The notes beneath the pieces are model-generated. The model was not told where the DNA came from. It ran no database searches and was given only the letters and a program-made list of their open reading frames with translations. The translations under genes and the position numbers were made by a program. Below are positions 29,918 to 39,525 of a stretch of 64,000 nucleotides of DNA, piece by piece. Origin of the DNA: Candidatus Omnitrophota bacterium (lineage in GTDB: Bacteria > Omnitrophota > Gorgyraeia > Gygaellales > Gygaellaceae); NCBI GenBank assembly GCA_018400015.1, contig JAGYNB010000002.1, positions 180,555-244,554 on the forward strand, in the 5' to 3' direction. Position 1 is the first letter of the stretch; every line of letters starts with the position of its first letter.

Positions 29918-30571
29918 ATGGCGCAAATAAATTTACTACAGACGAGAGCGGTTTTAAAAACTAAAAAAGCAAAGGCGGATAAAGGTGCTGCCAGCGCTAA
30001 GAAGTTTTCTTTTGACTTTAAAATTGACTTTCGCAGGATGCCCAGGTGGTTTTTTGCCATTGCCATAGGCTGGATTGTTTTTTTGGCACTTGGTGAAACG
30101 ATAATGATTTTAAAGTTAAATGATTCCAAGCGAAAACTAAAGATCCTTGAAACAGAAGGCAGTTTTTTTTCAAAAAGCCCCAAAGAGATAGAGGATTTAA
30201 AAAAGAAGAAAAAAAGCCTTCAGGACGCCTTAGGAATTATCGAAGGATTTCTGATTACCAAAACGCCTTTTTCACAGGCGCTTAATATTATAAGTGATCA
30301 GATAATTGACGGGGTTTGGCTTGAGAAGATATTTTTTAATTCCAAGAAAATCGGTAAAGACAAAGAAGAGATCACTATAAAAATAAACGGTAAAGTTTAC
30401 TCGGCAATCTCGCAAGAGCAGATAGATATATTGGGACAGTTTTCCAATGGTTTAAAAAATAATCCTTATTTTGAATTATTGTTTAGCAGTTTGCAGGTTG
30501 GTAATCTTAAAAATGTAGATTATATGGGATTTGATGTTTTGGATTTTGAAATGGAGGTATCTTTAAGATAA
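29918..30571 (+). CDS. pilN: type IV pilus assembly protein PilN-like
   Basis: N-terminal INLLQTR (INLLP-type) motif, single TM segment, periplasmic coiled-coil plus ferredoxin-like region; 217 aa. Confidence 0.7.
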   Translation: MAQINLLQTRAVLKTKKAKADKGAASAKKFSFDFKIDFRRMPRWFFAIAIGWIVFLALGETIMILKLNDSKRKLKILETEGSFFSKSPKEIEDLKKKKKSLQDALGIIEGFLITKTPFSQALNIISDQIIDGVWLEKIFFNSKKIGKDKEEITIKINGKVYSAISQEQIDILGQFSNGLKNNPYFELLFSSLQVGNLKNVDYMGFDVLDFEMEVSLR

Positions 30572-30575
30572 TATT

Positions 30576-31157
30576 ATGGACTTTGATATTAAAAGAATTA
30601 TAGAATGGGTTAAGTTTAGGAAAGTGGAAGTTTCTATTCTTGCGGGGTTATTTGTTATTGGCCTAATATTATCATTTTTGCTATTTCAACCACAGGCGAG
30701 AAAAATCCAGGAATACAATAATTCCTTAATCTCAAGCTCTAAGGATACAAGCAATCTGCGTACAGCGCAAGTAGAATTAAACGAGTTAAAAAAAGAAATT
30801 ACTGTTATTGAAGAGACTTTAGCAGAACATGAAAAAAAACTCTTTTCTCAGGAAGATACTCAGGCATTTTTAAATTATATAAACAGGCTCGCGAAGTTTT
30901 ATAACGTGCGCATTCTAAAGATCAATCCTTTATCACAGGTTGAAAACGAAGTTAAGTCTTTGGATAAGGTGTATCTGGCAATGCCTTATCGGTTGAGTTT
31001 AACCTGTAGCTATCATAATCTAGGGAAATTCCTGAATAAACTTGAGCAGTCAAAGGATAGTTTTGTAAGGGTTGATAGTTTGTCTATACAGGCCGACAAC
31101 AGCAATATGAGAGAGCATAAAGTGGAGTTAGGGATAACTATTTTTTCCATTAAATAA
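30576..31157 (+). CDS. pilO: type IV pilus assembly protein PilO-like
   Basis: Single N-terminal TM segment then coiled coil; size and position between pilN and pilP. Confidence 0.6.
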   Translation: MDFDIKRIIEWVKFRKVEVSILAGLFVIGLILSFLLFQPQARKIQEYNNSLISSSKDTSNLRTAQVELNELKKEITVIEETLAEHEKKLFSQEDTQAFLNYINRLAKFYNVRILKINPLSQVENEVKSLDKVYLAMPYRLSLTCSYHNLGKFLNKLEQSKDSFVRVDSLSIQADNSNMREHKVELGITIFSIK

Positions 31158-31158
31158 T

Positions 31159-31545
31159 ATGAAAAAGATAATTTTATTAATTATGTTTTTGAGTTTCTCA
31201 ATAATTGCTAGTGCCAGTGAAAATGATTTTGAACAAAGGCTTAATTTTGTGTATAATGATAATAATAAGCGCGATCCGTTTATCCCTTTACTTGATAAAG
31301 ACGGGTTGCGACCAAGATCGGATTTATTTGAGAAAGCTGAACTTCCGATAAAAATTGATCTATCAGGTATTGTCTGGAATAAACAAGTGCAATTTGCTAT
31401 AATTAATGGTAAAATAGTGAAAGAAAATGAAGAAGTTACAAGAGGTCTTACTTTAGAAAAAATTAATTCTGATAACGTGGTTTTAGAGTATGGAGGAAGA
31501 AGTACTAAGGTGTATATAGGAGGCCCTAAGAAGGATGATAAGTAG
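31159..31545 (+). CDS. pilP: type IV pilus assembly protein PilP-like
   Basis: Signal peptide, conserved RDPF motif (NKRDPFIPLL), C-terminal beta domain; 128 aa. Confidence 0.6.
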   Translation: MKKIILLIMFLSFSIIASASENDFEQRLNFVYNDNNKRDPFIPLLDKDGLRPRSDLFEKAELPIKIDLSGIVWNKQVQFAIINGKIVKENEEVTRGLTLEKINSDNVVLEYGGRSTKVYIGGPKKDDK

Positions 31546-33100
31546 TAAAAGAATAAAGTTTATATTTGTTTTTTTATTGTGCTTAGGTGTTTGTATATAT
31601 ACACTTAACGCAGAAGAGTTTAATCCTGCTGAGTTTGGCCAGGAAGGATTTGATCCTGCTTTTCAGGCAGTGCCACCTATTCAAACCGCACAAGTTATCA
31701 AAAAAGATAGCGTTCAAAAGCAGGAAGAGGAAATTCCAGCCAAAGAACAAGCTTTTGAGGCAGGTGGGGTTTACAACAATGAGGATTTTGTGAATTTGGC
31801 TTTTGACAATGCCGATATCCGCGATGTTATAAAAGTTTTAGCTGCAAGAAGCGATATGAATATTATTGTCGGTGAGGGTGTTCAAGCAAATGTTACCATG
31901 AAGCTAAAAGATGTAATTTGGGAGTCAGCCCTGGAATTAATCCTAAATACGTATAATCTTACCTATCAAAAAGAAGGCAATCTTATTAGAGTTATGACGC
32001 TTACTGAATCTGAAGAGGAAGCGAAGAAAATTCCAATGATAACTAAGATCATTCCGCTTAATTTCGCACAAACTCCTGAAATGTCCGCTTCCATTGCCAA
32101 GATGCTTTCTGCAAGAGGGTCTGTACAGGAAAATGTACGTACGAATACATTGATTATCACCGATATCCCTTCGCGCGTTAAGATGATAGAAGAGACGATT
32201 ACGAAACTTGATACACCTACACCCCAGGTTTTAATCGATGTTTTGATTATGGATATCACCTTAACCGATAGCGATGATCTGGGTGTTGACTGGCAGGCAA
32301 TCACGACAAACCAGTTATCAGATTTAAGCAGTGCCAATAGAACAAAGTCGGTCACTTTAGAGCAGCCATCAGGCATGTCTACAACAGGCGGTATTGCAGG
32401 AGATCCGGCATTTACGCTGGCTCTTGTTAAAAAGTTTGGTGAAGCTAATTTTACTGCTAACCTGCAGGCATGGATAGAAAATAAAGAAGCCAAGGTTTTG
32501 GCAAATCCGAAGATTTTAACGCTTGATAATCAGGAAGCTAAAATCGAAATAATAAATCAGTTTCCATATCTGCAGACTTCAAGTTCGACTGACGGCGGCA
32601 GCACTAGCGGAACAGAATATAAAAATATAGGAACTAGCCTTAGCGTAACAGCGCATATTACTAATGACGGACATATTACTTTAAATTTAAAACCGGAACA
32701 GGATATAAATGCCGGAACCGACTCTACAACCGGTGCGCCTATTGTTGATACCCGTTCTGCCGAGACCAATGTTTTGGTAAAAGATGGCCAGACCGTTGCC
32801 TTGGGCGGTTTAAGGCGTGTTGATAAGTCTACTACTATAAGCAAAGTACCTATTTTGGGGGATATTCCGTTTATCGGCAAGATATTCCAGAATAGGCAAA
32901 TTGACGACAAGGACGTTGAACTTGTAATGTTTGTTACTCCTCATATCATAAAGGATGCTGGCATAACTGATAAAGAAAGAATGTACATAAAAGAAAATCT
33001 TCCTGGTCCACAAAGGCCTTTTTTGCGCAACAAGCCCTTTGTTTTAGAGGAAAAATACGATTTAAGGTCCCCTTCATATAAAACTAAAGGGAGTAAATAA
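31535..33100 (+). CDS. pilQ: type IV pilus secretin PilQ (short form, no AMIN domains)
   Basis: Signal peptide, N0/N1-type domains, C-terminal secretin domain (VLANPKILTLDNQEAKIEI...GGLRRVDKSTTISKVPILGDIPFIGKIFQ). Confidence 0.85.
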   Translation: MISSKRIKFIFVFLLCLGVCIYTLNAEEFNPAEFGQEGFDPAFQAVPPIQTAQVIKKDSVQKQEEEIPAKEQAFEAGGVYNNEDFVNLAFDNADIRDVIKVLAARSDMNIIVGEGVQANVTMKLKDVIWESALELILNTYNLTYQKEGNLIRVMTLTESEEEAKKIPMITKIIPLNFAQTPEMSASIAKMLSARGSVQENVRTNTLIITDIPSRVKMIEETITKLDTPTPQVLIDVLIMDITLTDSDDLGVDWQAITTNQLSDLSSANRTKSVTLEQPSGMSTTGGIAGDPAFTLALVKKFGEANFTANLQAWIENKEAKVLANPKILTLDNQEAKIEIINQFPYLQTSSSTDGGSTSGTEYKNIGTSLSVTAHITNDGHITLNLKPEQDINAGTDSTTGAPIVDTRSAETNVLVKDGQTVALGGLRRVDKSTTISKVPILGDIPFIGKIFQNRQIDDKDVELVMFVTPHIIKDAGITDKERMYIKENLPGPQRPFLRNKPFVLEEKYDLRSPSYKTKGSK

Positions 33101-34980
33101 TGAGGAAAAAGTTCTTATTAATTTTTACTTTTTTTATTTTAAGTTTTTCTTTGAATTATTCCTTTGCCCAAGATCAAAATCCTCTTCTTGGTGAAGAAGA
33201 ATTGATATGGCAAAAAAACGTTAGCGGCATAAAAGATGCAGTGAAAGATTTAATTAACGAAAACAAGAACTTAAAGCAGCAAATTGAGTTAAGGTCTTTA
33301 GAGATGCACAAACTTAATGAAATCATGAAGACCTTGCAGGAAAAGAACGAAACACTTCAGCAAAAAATCGAATCAACTGACCTTAAAGTTAATTTAAACA
33401 GCAAAGTAAAGTCTCTCGTCCAGCGCGCTGATTCATTAGAAAGCGTGAAAGCCTCGCTTGATGAAGAGGTAAAACAGCTCAGAGAGGAAAATAAAACTTT
33501 AAAAAGAGACTCCGCGGCATTTGAAAAAGAGCTCAACACGTTAAGAAAAAAACTTGAAGCTACGGAAGATGAACTTAAACAAATGAATGATTCTTATGGC
33601 AATTTTAAGCAAAAATCTCTTGATTACGAAAAAGAGCTTGAGGGCAAACTTGTTAAATTAGAGTCTGATAATAAAAGATTTAGCGCGGCAGCTGAAGAAA
33701 ATGAGAAGTTGTCAACTCAGCTTAATGAAATAAAACAAGATCTTGAAAGTTCTCAGAAAGAAATCGGTGAATTAAAAAAATCTTTAGCGGCCAAGGACAA
33801 GATAATTGGATTCAGTAAGGATGAGCTTAAAAAAATCGAGCTTTTATCCAGCGAGTTAGGAAAAAGTGAAAAAGAAGTAGTTGATTTGAGAAAACAGTTG
33901 AATGAGTCCAATAAAAATTTAGAGATTGCCAATAAAGAGATTGGATTGCTTAATGAATCGTTCAATAAATTCAAAGAAAAATCAGCTGAATATCAGGAAA
34001 AACTGATCAAAGCCCAGAAAGAGAATATAGATTTAGAAAGCAGGATCGCTCCTTTGCAAGACGACTTAAAAAAAAAGATTTTAGAGATTGAAAATGTTAA
34101 GTCTGGTTATGAAAACCAGATTTCATTGTTAAAGACTCAAAATTCCGCATTAGAAGACAGAATCGCATTTTTTTCTCAAGAGATTACCCAGTTAACGGCT
34201 GAAAAAAGAGAATTAGAATCCTCGATGGCCAAGTTAAAGTCTAGAATCGAACCTCTAGTGAGCCCTTTTAAAGAAGAGATTCGTCAAAAAGACTACGAGC
34301 TCGATAGAATCAAGTCTAATTACGAAAAAGATTTAAGTAAGATTAAGGAAAATAATTCTTCTTTGAATGATAGAATAGATTCTTTGAGCGGTTTTATCGC
34401 TCAGGCAAATGCTGAAAAAAGACTTCTTGAACAAGAGTTTTTAAATATGCAGGACAAGCTTAAGTCTCTGGAGCAGGAAAAAGATCTTGCCTTAAGAAGA
34501 TCTGTTATGGTCAGCGATGCCCGTAAAACAAAACAAATTAGAACTGCTTCTGTTTATTCTGATTCCAAACAGAAGGATAATGGTTTTCAAATACCTGAAA
34601 GCGTAAAATTAAGGGCATTAAAACAGGCAGAGAATAAATTAGGCAGTTTTACAAAACAGGATTCGACAGCTATAGGGGCGATGCTTGAAACTGCTTATGA
34701 TTATGCGTTTGGTGGTCAGATTAAATTGGCAATAAAAGAATATGCCAATGTTTTAGAGATTGATCCCGGGAACAAAGACGCCTTGTTTAACCAGGGGGTA
34801 ATTTATCTTAATGCCAATGATTCTAGACGTGCAGTTGTTAACTTTGAGAAGCTCATAGAATTAGATCCCAATGACGAACAGGCATTATATAATTTGGCTT
34901 TATGTTACAGTAAGCTTCATAATAAAAAACAGATGGAATATTATTATTTAAAATATTTGGAATTGGAAAATGGCTCTTGA
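33100..34980 (+). CDS. secreted coiled-coil protein with C-terminal TPR repeats (pilus-associated; PilF/FimV-like role possible)
   Basis: Signal peptide MRKKFLLIFTFFILSFSLNYSFAQ, about 450 aa of continuous coiled coil, 3-4 C-terminal TPR motifs. Confidence 0.55.
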   Translation: MRKKFLLIFTFFILSFSLNYSFAQDQNPLLGEEELIWQKNVSGIKDAVKDLINENKNLKQQIELRSLEMHKLNEIMKTLQEKNETLQQKIESTDLKVNLNSKVKSLVQRADSLESVKASLDEEVKQLREENKTLKRDSAAFEKELNTLRKKLEATEDELKQMNDSYGNFKQKSLDYEKELEGKLVKLESDNKRFSAAAEENEKLSTQLNEIKQDLESSQKEIGELKKSLAAKDKIIGFSKDELKKIELLSSELGKSEKEVVDLRKQLNESNKNLEIANKEIGLLNESFNKFKEKSAEYQEKLIKAQKENIDLESRIAPLQDDLKKKILEIENVKSGYENQISLLKTQNSALEDRIAFFSQEITQLTAEKRELESSMAKLKSRIEPLVSPFKEEIRQKDYELDRIKSNYEKDLSKIKENNSSLNDRIDSLSGFIAQANAEKRLLEQEFLNMQDKLKSLEQEKDLALRRSVMVSDARKTKQIRTASVYSDSKQKDNGFQIPESVKLRALKQAENKLGSFTKQDSTAIGAMLETAYDYAFGGQIKLAIKEYANVLEIDPGNKDALFNQGVIYLNANDSRRAVVNFEKLIELDPNDEQALYNLALCYSKLHNKKQMEYYYLKYLELENGS

Positions 34981-36046
34981 TCAAAAAGGTTTTTTAGGCA
35001 TAGGCAGTAGTCTTTTCAAGCAAAAAGAAAAGAATTTTGTAGGTATTGATATCGGTTCATCAAGCATTAAGATTGTAAGGCTTGTTCCGAATAGAGATAA
35101 TAAGAAAATGCAGTTAAGTGATTTTGCCGATATTGCTTTTGAAGAACAGGTCAGCACCGATCAAATAAAACGCGCGGTTGATGAAGCTTTAAAGCAAACC
35201 AATATTCCTAAAGATAGCGAAGCAGTTTTTAATATCCCCAATAATTCTGCCATAACCCGTTTTATAGTAATGCCGAAGATGAATCATGACGACCTGAGAA
35301 AAGCCATTGGTTATGAACTTGAAAAATACATTGCTTTTGATACAAAAGAGGCTGTTTATGATTTTCGTATTTTGGATGACCTGCAGACTAAAGAAGGCCA
35401 TTTAAAAGTTCTTTTGGTTATTACAAAGAAAGAGACTGTTGATGAAAGGGTAAAGGCGATCGAAGATGCAGGGCTTATTCCTAAAGTGGTAAGTATTGAT
35501 TCTGTTGTTATTCCTAATACATTTTATCTTAATCATATAGATAAAAAAGATAAGAATATCGCCATAGTAAACCTTGGATCTCGGCTATGCAGTATCAGTG
35601 TTGTTAAAGGCGGAATATCCAACTTTATGCGTGATATAGCAATTGGAATAGAAAATATAGTAAGTTTGGTTTCGGAAAAACTGGAAATGAACAAAACTGA
35701 TATTATTAATTCTATTATGAAACCTGAATTGCAGTCTAATGATTTTAAAGATATTATTAATTCAGTTTTGTCTAATTTGTTGAACGAACTTTACCTTTCG
35801 TTCGATTATTACGAGACGCAGTTCGAAACTTCTATTGACGAGATTTATATTACCGGCGGACTTTCTCAGCAGCCGGGTTTGATTGACTTTTTATCCAGTA
35901 ATTTAGGTATATCAGTTAATAAACTTAATCCCCTATTGAATCTTGAAGTTGCTGCCGAATTGAAGTCCAAGATTGATTCAAAGAAGGATATTATGGCTGT
36001 AAGCATAGGTCTTGCCTTAGAGGAATCCGATCTAAAATATTTTTAA
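34970..36046 (+). CDS. pilM: type IV pilus assembly protein PilM (actin-like ATPase fold)
   Basis: FVGIDIGSSSIKIVRL N-terminal ASKHA phosphate-1 motif, PilM_2 domain organisation; 358 aa. Confidence 0.8.
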   Translation: MALDQKGFLGIGSSLFKQKEKNFVGIDIGSSSIKIVRLVPNRDNKKMQLSDFADIAFEEQVSTDQIKRAVDEALKQTNIPKDSEAVFNIPNNSAITRFIVMPKMNHDDLRKAIGYELEKYIAFDTKEAVYDFRILDDLQTKEGHLKVLLVITKKETVDERVKAIEDAGLIPKVVSIDSVVIPNTFYLNHIDKKDKNIAIVNLGSRLCSISVVKGGISNFMRDIAIGIENIVSLVSEKLEMNKTDIINSIMKPELQSNDFKDIINSVLSNLLNELYLSFDYYETQFETSIDEIYITGGLSQQPGLIDFLSSNLGISVNKLNPLLNLEVAAELKSKIDSKKDIMAVSIGLALEESDLKYF

Positions 36047-36055
36047 AGATTTGTT

Positions 36056-36442
36056 ATGAAGAAAGAACTTATCATAGTTGGAGATAAAGTGCTGGTTTCT
36101 GTTTGTGAAGGTAGTGATAAGACGGAGTTTGGTCTTTATTTGCCTCAAGGCATCAGGGAAAAAGAAAAAGTTGCTGCAGGTTTAATTGTTAAATCCGGTC
36201 CAGGTTATCCTGTATGGCAGGCCAATTCGCTAGATAGTGAAGATTGGAAACAATCTTGTGGTCAAGAAACCGCTAGTTATATTCCCCTTCAGGCAAAAGA
36301 GGGAGATTATTGTATTTTTTTAAGGGATCCTGCCGTTGAAGTCCGATATGAGAAGAAAAAATATGTCGTTGTTCCTCATTCAGCAATACTTCTTTTGGTT
36401 AGAGGAGACATTGATAAAGCAATAAATCTTCTGGAAAAGTAA
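36056..36442 (+). CDS. Cpn10/GroES-like domain protein (divergent, with insertion)
   Basis: LIIVGDKVLVSV...EFGLYLPQGIREKEKVAAGLIVKSGPG parallels GroES (RPLxDRVLV...GGIxLPxxAKEKPxxGxVVAVGPG); 128 aa with a 40-aa insertion; no groEL adjacent. Confidence 0.5.
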   Translation: MKKELIIVGDKVLVSVCEGSDKTEFGLYLPQGIREKEKVAAGLIVKSGPGYPVWQANSLDSEDWKQSCGQETASYIPLQAKEGDYCIFLRDPAVEVRYEKKKYVVVPHSAILLLVRGDIDKAINLLEK

Positions 36443-36443
36443 C

Positions 36444-37532
36444 ATGAAAAAAGTTTTTATCGCTGCAACCAAACAAAATGACGGAAAGACAACTGTAAGT
36501 TTGGGTCTTATATCGAACTTGAACAATCATTTTAAGAGTATTGGTTTTATAAAGCCTATTGGGCAAAGATATCTAGAGGAAGAGGGTTTTAAGGTCGACG
36601 AGGATTCCATACTTATTGAAGAAGTTTTTGGTATAAAATGCGGCCTTAAGGATATGAATCCTATTGCCGTAGAAAGAGGTTTTACAGAGAAATACATCAT
36701 TAATCCTAATGGAAAAAAACTCACTGCTCAGATTAAAAGTGCATTTAAGCATGTTTCTAAAAATAATGATTTTGTGGTTATCGAAGGTACCGGCCATGCT
36801 GGTGTCGGGTCTGTATTTGATCTTTCCAATGCTTCAGTCGCAAAACTTTTAAAGGCAAAAGTAATTATAATATCTTCCGGAGGGATTGGCCGGCCGGTTG
36901 ATGAAATCATGCTTAACAAAGCGCTATTTGATAAATTAGGAGTAAAGGTTTTAGGTGTTATTATAAATAAGGTTTTGCCTGAAAAAGCGCCGAAGATAGA
37001 AAAATTGTTAAAAAAAAGGCTTTCTCAGTTAAAGGTTGATGTTTTGGGGGTATTGCCTTACCGGCCTTTTCTTTCATATCCAAACATGTCCAGGATCTCA
37101 GAAGAGCTGGATTTTAAGTTTTTCTCTGGCAAGGAAAATGCCCACGCGGTGGTCAAGAAAATCGTTATCGGAGCAATGCATTCTCACGATGCGGTTTCTT
37201 ATATCGAAGATGGTTCTTTGGTGATTACCCCAGGAGATAGGGGAGATATGATTTTGACTGTTTTAAGCTGCCATTATGTGCAGACAAAAAGAGAGATAAA
37301 AATTTCCGGTTTGATTCTTACTGGTGGTATAATGCCTAATAAACGAATCCAGGAGCTTCTTAAAAAATCCGGTATTCCTGTTTTAATATCGCAAAAAGAC
37401 ACTTATGGGGTTGCATCGCTTGTGCATGATCTTGTAGTAAAGATAAGACCAGATGATAAGGAAAAAATTGCAATGGTTCATGATATGTTTAAGGAGAATA
37501 TCGATATCGATAAAATTATTGGAGGAATTTAA
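36444..37532 (+). CDS. phosphotransacetylase N-terminal domain protein (BioD-like AAA_26 + DRTGG), encoded separately
   Basis: KKVFIAATKQNDGKTTVSLGL P-loop-like N-terminus and DRTGG-type region; corresponds to the N-terminal half of PtaII; stop overlaps the ATG of pta (TAATG). Confidence 0.7.
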   Translation: MKKVFIAATKQNDGKTTVSLGLISNLNNHFKSIGFIKPIGQRYLEEEGFKVDEDSILIEEVFGIKCGLKDMNPIAVERGFTEKYIINPNGKKLTAQIKSAFKHVSKNNDFVVIEGTGHAGVGSVFDLSNASVAKLLKAKVIIISSGGIGRPVDEIMLNKALFDKLGVKVLGVIINKVLPEKAPKIEKLLKKRLSQLKVDVLGVLPYRPFLSYPNMSRISEELDFKFFSGKENAHAVVKKIVIGAMHSHDAVSYIEDGSLVITPGDRGDMILTVLSCHYVQTKREIKISGLILTGGIMPNKRIQELLKKSGIPVLISQKDTYGVASLVHDLVVKIRPDDKEKIAMVHDMFKENIDIDKIIGGI

Positions 37533-38464
37533 TGCAGATAGTAGAAAAAATTAGAAACAGAGCCAAACTGAATAAGAAAAAAATCGTTCTTCCGGAAAAC
37601 GAGGACGAGAGAATAAAACAGGCATGCGATATTATTAATAAAGAGGGTATTGCCGAAGCAGTTTTACTTTCAAAAGACAGATTAGATCAGGATTTGATAA
37701 AAAAATATTCTCATGAGTATTTTTGTCTTCGTAAGCATAAAGGTATAACTGAAAAAGAAGCTTTGGAAAAAGTAAATAATCCTCTTTATTATGCAGCGAT
37801 GATGACGCGTTTTGGTGATTGTGACGGTTTTGTCGCAGGGGCGGTAAACACTACTCCAAATGTAATTCGCGCTTCCATACATTGCCTTGATTTGGATAAG
37901 ACAATCGGTGCGGTTTCCAGTTGTTTTATTATGGCCGTACCTGACTGTGTCTATGGAGATAACGGTGTTTTTGTATTTGCGGATTGCGGGGTAATGCCTG
38001 AACCATCTGCTAAACAGCTGGCTAAGATTGCGATTTCCAATGCGCTTTTAGCTAAAAAAGTTCTTGGAATCGAGCCTAAGGTGGCAATGTTAAGCTATTC
38101 TACCAAAGGTTCTGCTGCCGGTAAATTCGTAGAAAAAGTTCAGGAAGCGACAAGACTTGCCAATGAATTAAGGCCGGATTTGATCATTGACGGCGAGTTA
38201 CAGCTAGATGCGGCGATTGTTCCTGAAGTTGCGAAAATAAAACAATCCGATAATGGCATCAAAGGAGATGCTAATGTACTTATTTTTCCTGATTTGGAAG
38301 CGGGGAATATCGGTTATAAGCTTGCTCAGAGACTAGCTAAGGCAAGAGCAATTGGCCCGATACTGGAGGGTTTTACTAAGCCGTGTTCTGATCTTTCTAG
38401 AGGATGTGAAGTAGACGATATTATTGATTGCGTTGCAGTGACAGCGATAAGGGCAGGAAAATGA
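37532..38464 (+). CDS. pta: phosphate acetyltransferase (catalytic PTA_PTB domain)
   Basis: 310-aa PTA_PTB domain with GAVNTTPNVIRA and SDLSRGCEVDDI motifs; GGAGG RBS. Confidence 0.9.
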   Translation: MQIVEKIRNRAKLNKKKIVLPENEDERIKQACDIINKEGIAEAVLLSKDRLDQDLIKKYSHEYFCLRKHKGITEKEALEKVNNPLYYAAMMTRFGDCDGFVAGAVNTTPNVIRASIHCLDLDKTIGAVSSCFIMAVPDCVYGDNGVFVFADCGVMPEPSAKQLAKIAISNALLAKKVLGIEPKVAMLSYSTKGSAAGKFVEKVQEATRLANELRPDLIIDGELQLDAAIVPEVAKIKQSDNGIKGDANVLIFPDLEAGNIGYKLAQRLAKARAIGPILEGFTKPCSDLSRGCEVDDIIDCVAVTAIRAGK

Positions 38465-39525
38465 AAATTCTTGTTATAAACTCGGGTAGCTCATCGATAA
38501 AATACCGTTTGTATGATATGCCTGAGGAAAAATTGTTCTTAAAGGGCATGATCGATAAGATTGCAGAAAAGGGCTCTTCTGTAAAAAACCATCATGAGGG
38601 TTTCAAGTTAATACTGGATAAAATCAATGGTGTAGATGCTGTTGGTCATCGTGTCGTGCATGGTGCCGAGGAATTCCAGAAACCGACATTAATAGACGAT
38701 AGCATTATTAGGCGTCTAAAAAAATATAATATTCTGGCGCCGCTGCATAATCCTGCAAATCTATCCGGCATTGTTGCCTGCAAGAATTTACTGAAGAATA
38801 TTTGTCAAGCTGCGGTTTTTGATACATCTTTTCATCATAGCCTGCCTGACTATGCATATACTTACGGTTTGCCGTTTAGTTTTTACAAAAAATATAAGAT
38901 TAGAAGATATGGTTTTCACGGTACAAGTCATCATTATGTAGCGCAAGAGTCTGCCAAGTTATTAAAAAGACCTTTAACCGCGTTAAAAATTGTTACTTGT
39001 CATTTAGGCAATGGTTGCAGCATGGCAGCAGTAAAAAAAGGTAAGTGTATTGATACCACTATGGGTTTTACGCCTCAAGAAGGGCTCCTCATGGGTACGC
39101 GTGCCGGTGATATGGATACAGCAGTAATCGTTTACCTTGTAGAAAAATTAAACAAGAGCATAGAAGAGGTTAATCGGATAATTAATAAAGACAGCGGCTT
39201 AAAAGGCATATCCGGAGTAAGCAATGATATGCGAAAAATAGAAGATGCAATAAAAAAAGGCAATAAAAGAGCAAGGCTGGCTAGAGATATTTTTATTTAT
39301 CGCATTAGAAAATATATTGGTTCATATGCTGCGATAATGGGCGGAATTGATGCGGTTGTCTTTACTGCTGGGATTGGCGAAAATCAAGTTCAGTTAAGGT
39401 CCGATGTTACTAAAGGACTGTTTGATTATCTGAAGAATAAGCCAAAGGTAATGGTTGTTCCCACCAATGAAGAGTTGATGATCGCTAGGCAGACTTACGG
39501 CCTAATAAAGAAAGGCAAGAAATGA
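38461..39525 (+). CDS. ackA: acetate kinase
   Basis: MKILVINSGSSSIKY N-terminus, HLGNGCS and VHGGG-type motifs; ATG 38461 overlaps the pta stop; the track's 38428 start is an upstream extension. Confidence 0.9.
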   Translation: MKILVINSGSSSIKYRLYDMPEEKLFLKGMIDKIAEKGSSVKNHHEGFKLILDKINGVDAVGHRVVHGAEEFQKPTLIDDSIIRRLKKYNILAPLHNPANLSGIVACKNLLKNICQAAVFDTSFHHSLPDYAYTYGLPFSFYKKYKIRRYGFHGTSHHYVAQESAKLLKRPLTALKIVTCHLGNGCSMAAVKKGKCIDTTMGFTPQEGLLMGTRAGDMDTAVIVYLVEKLNKSIEEVNRIINKDSGLKGISGVSNDMRKIEDAIKKGNKRARLARDIFIYRIRKYIGSYAAIMGGIDAVVFTAGIGENQVQLRSDVTKGLFDYLKNKPKVMVVPTNEELMIARQTYGLIKKGKK

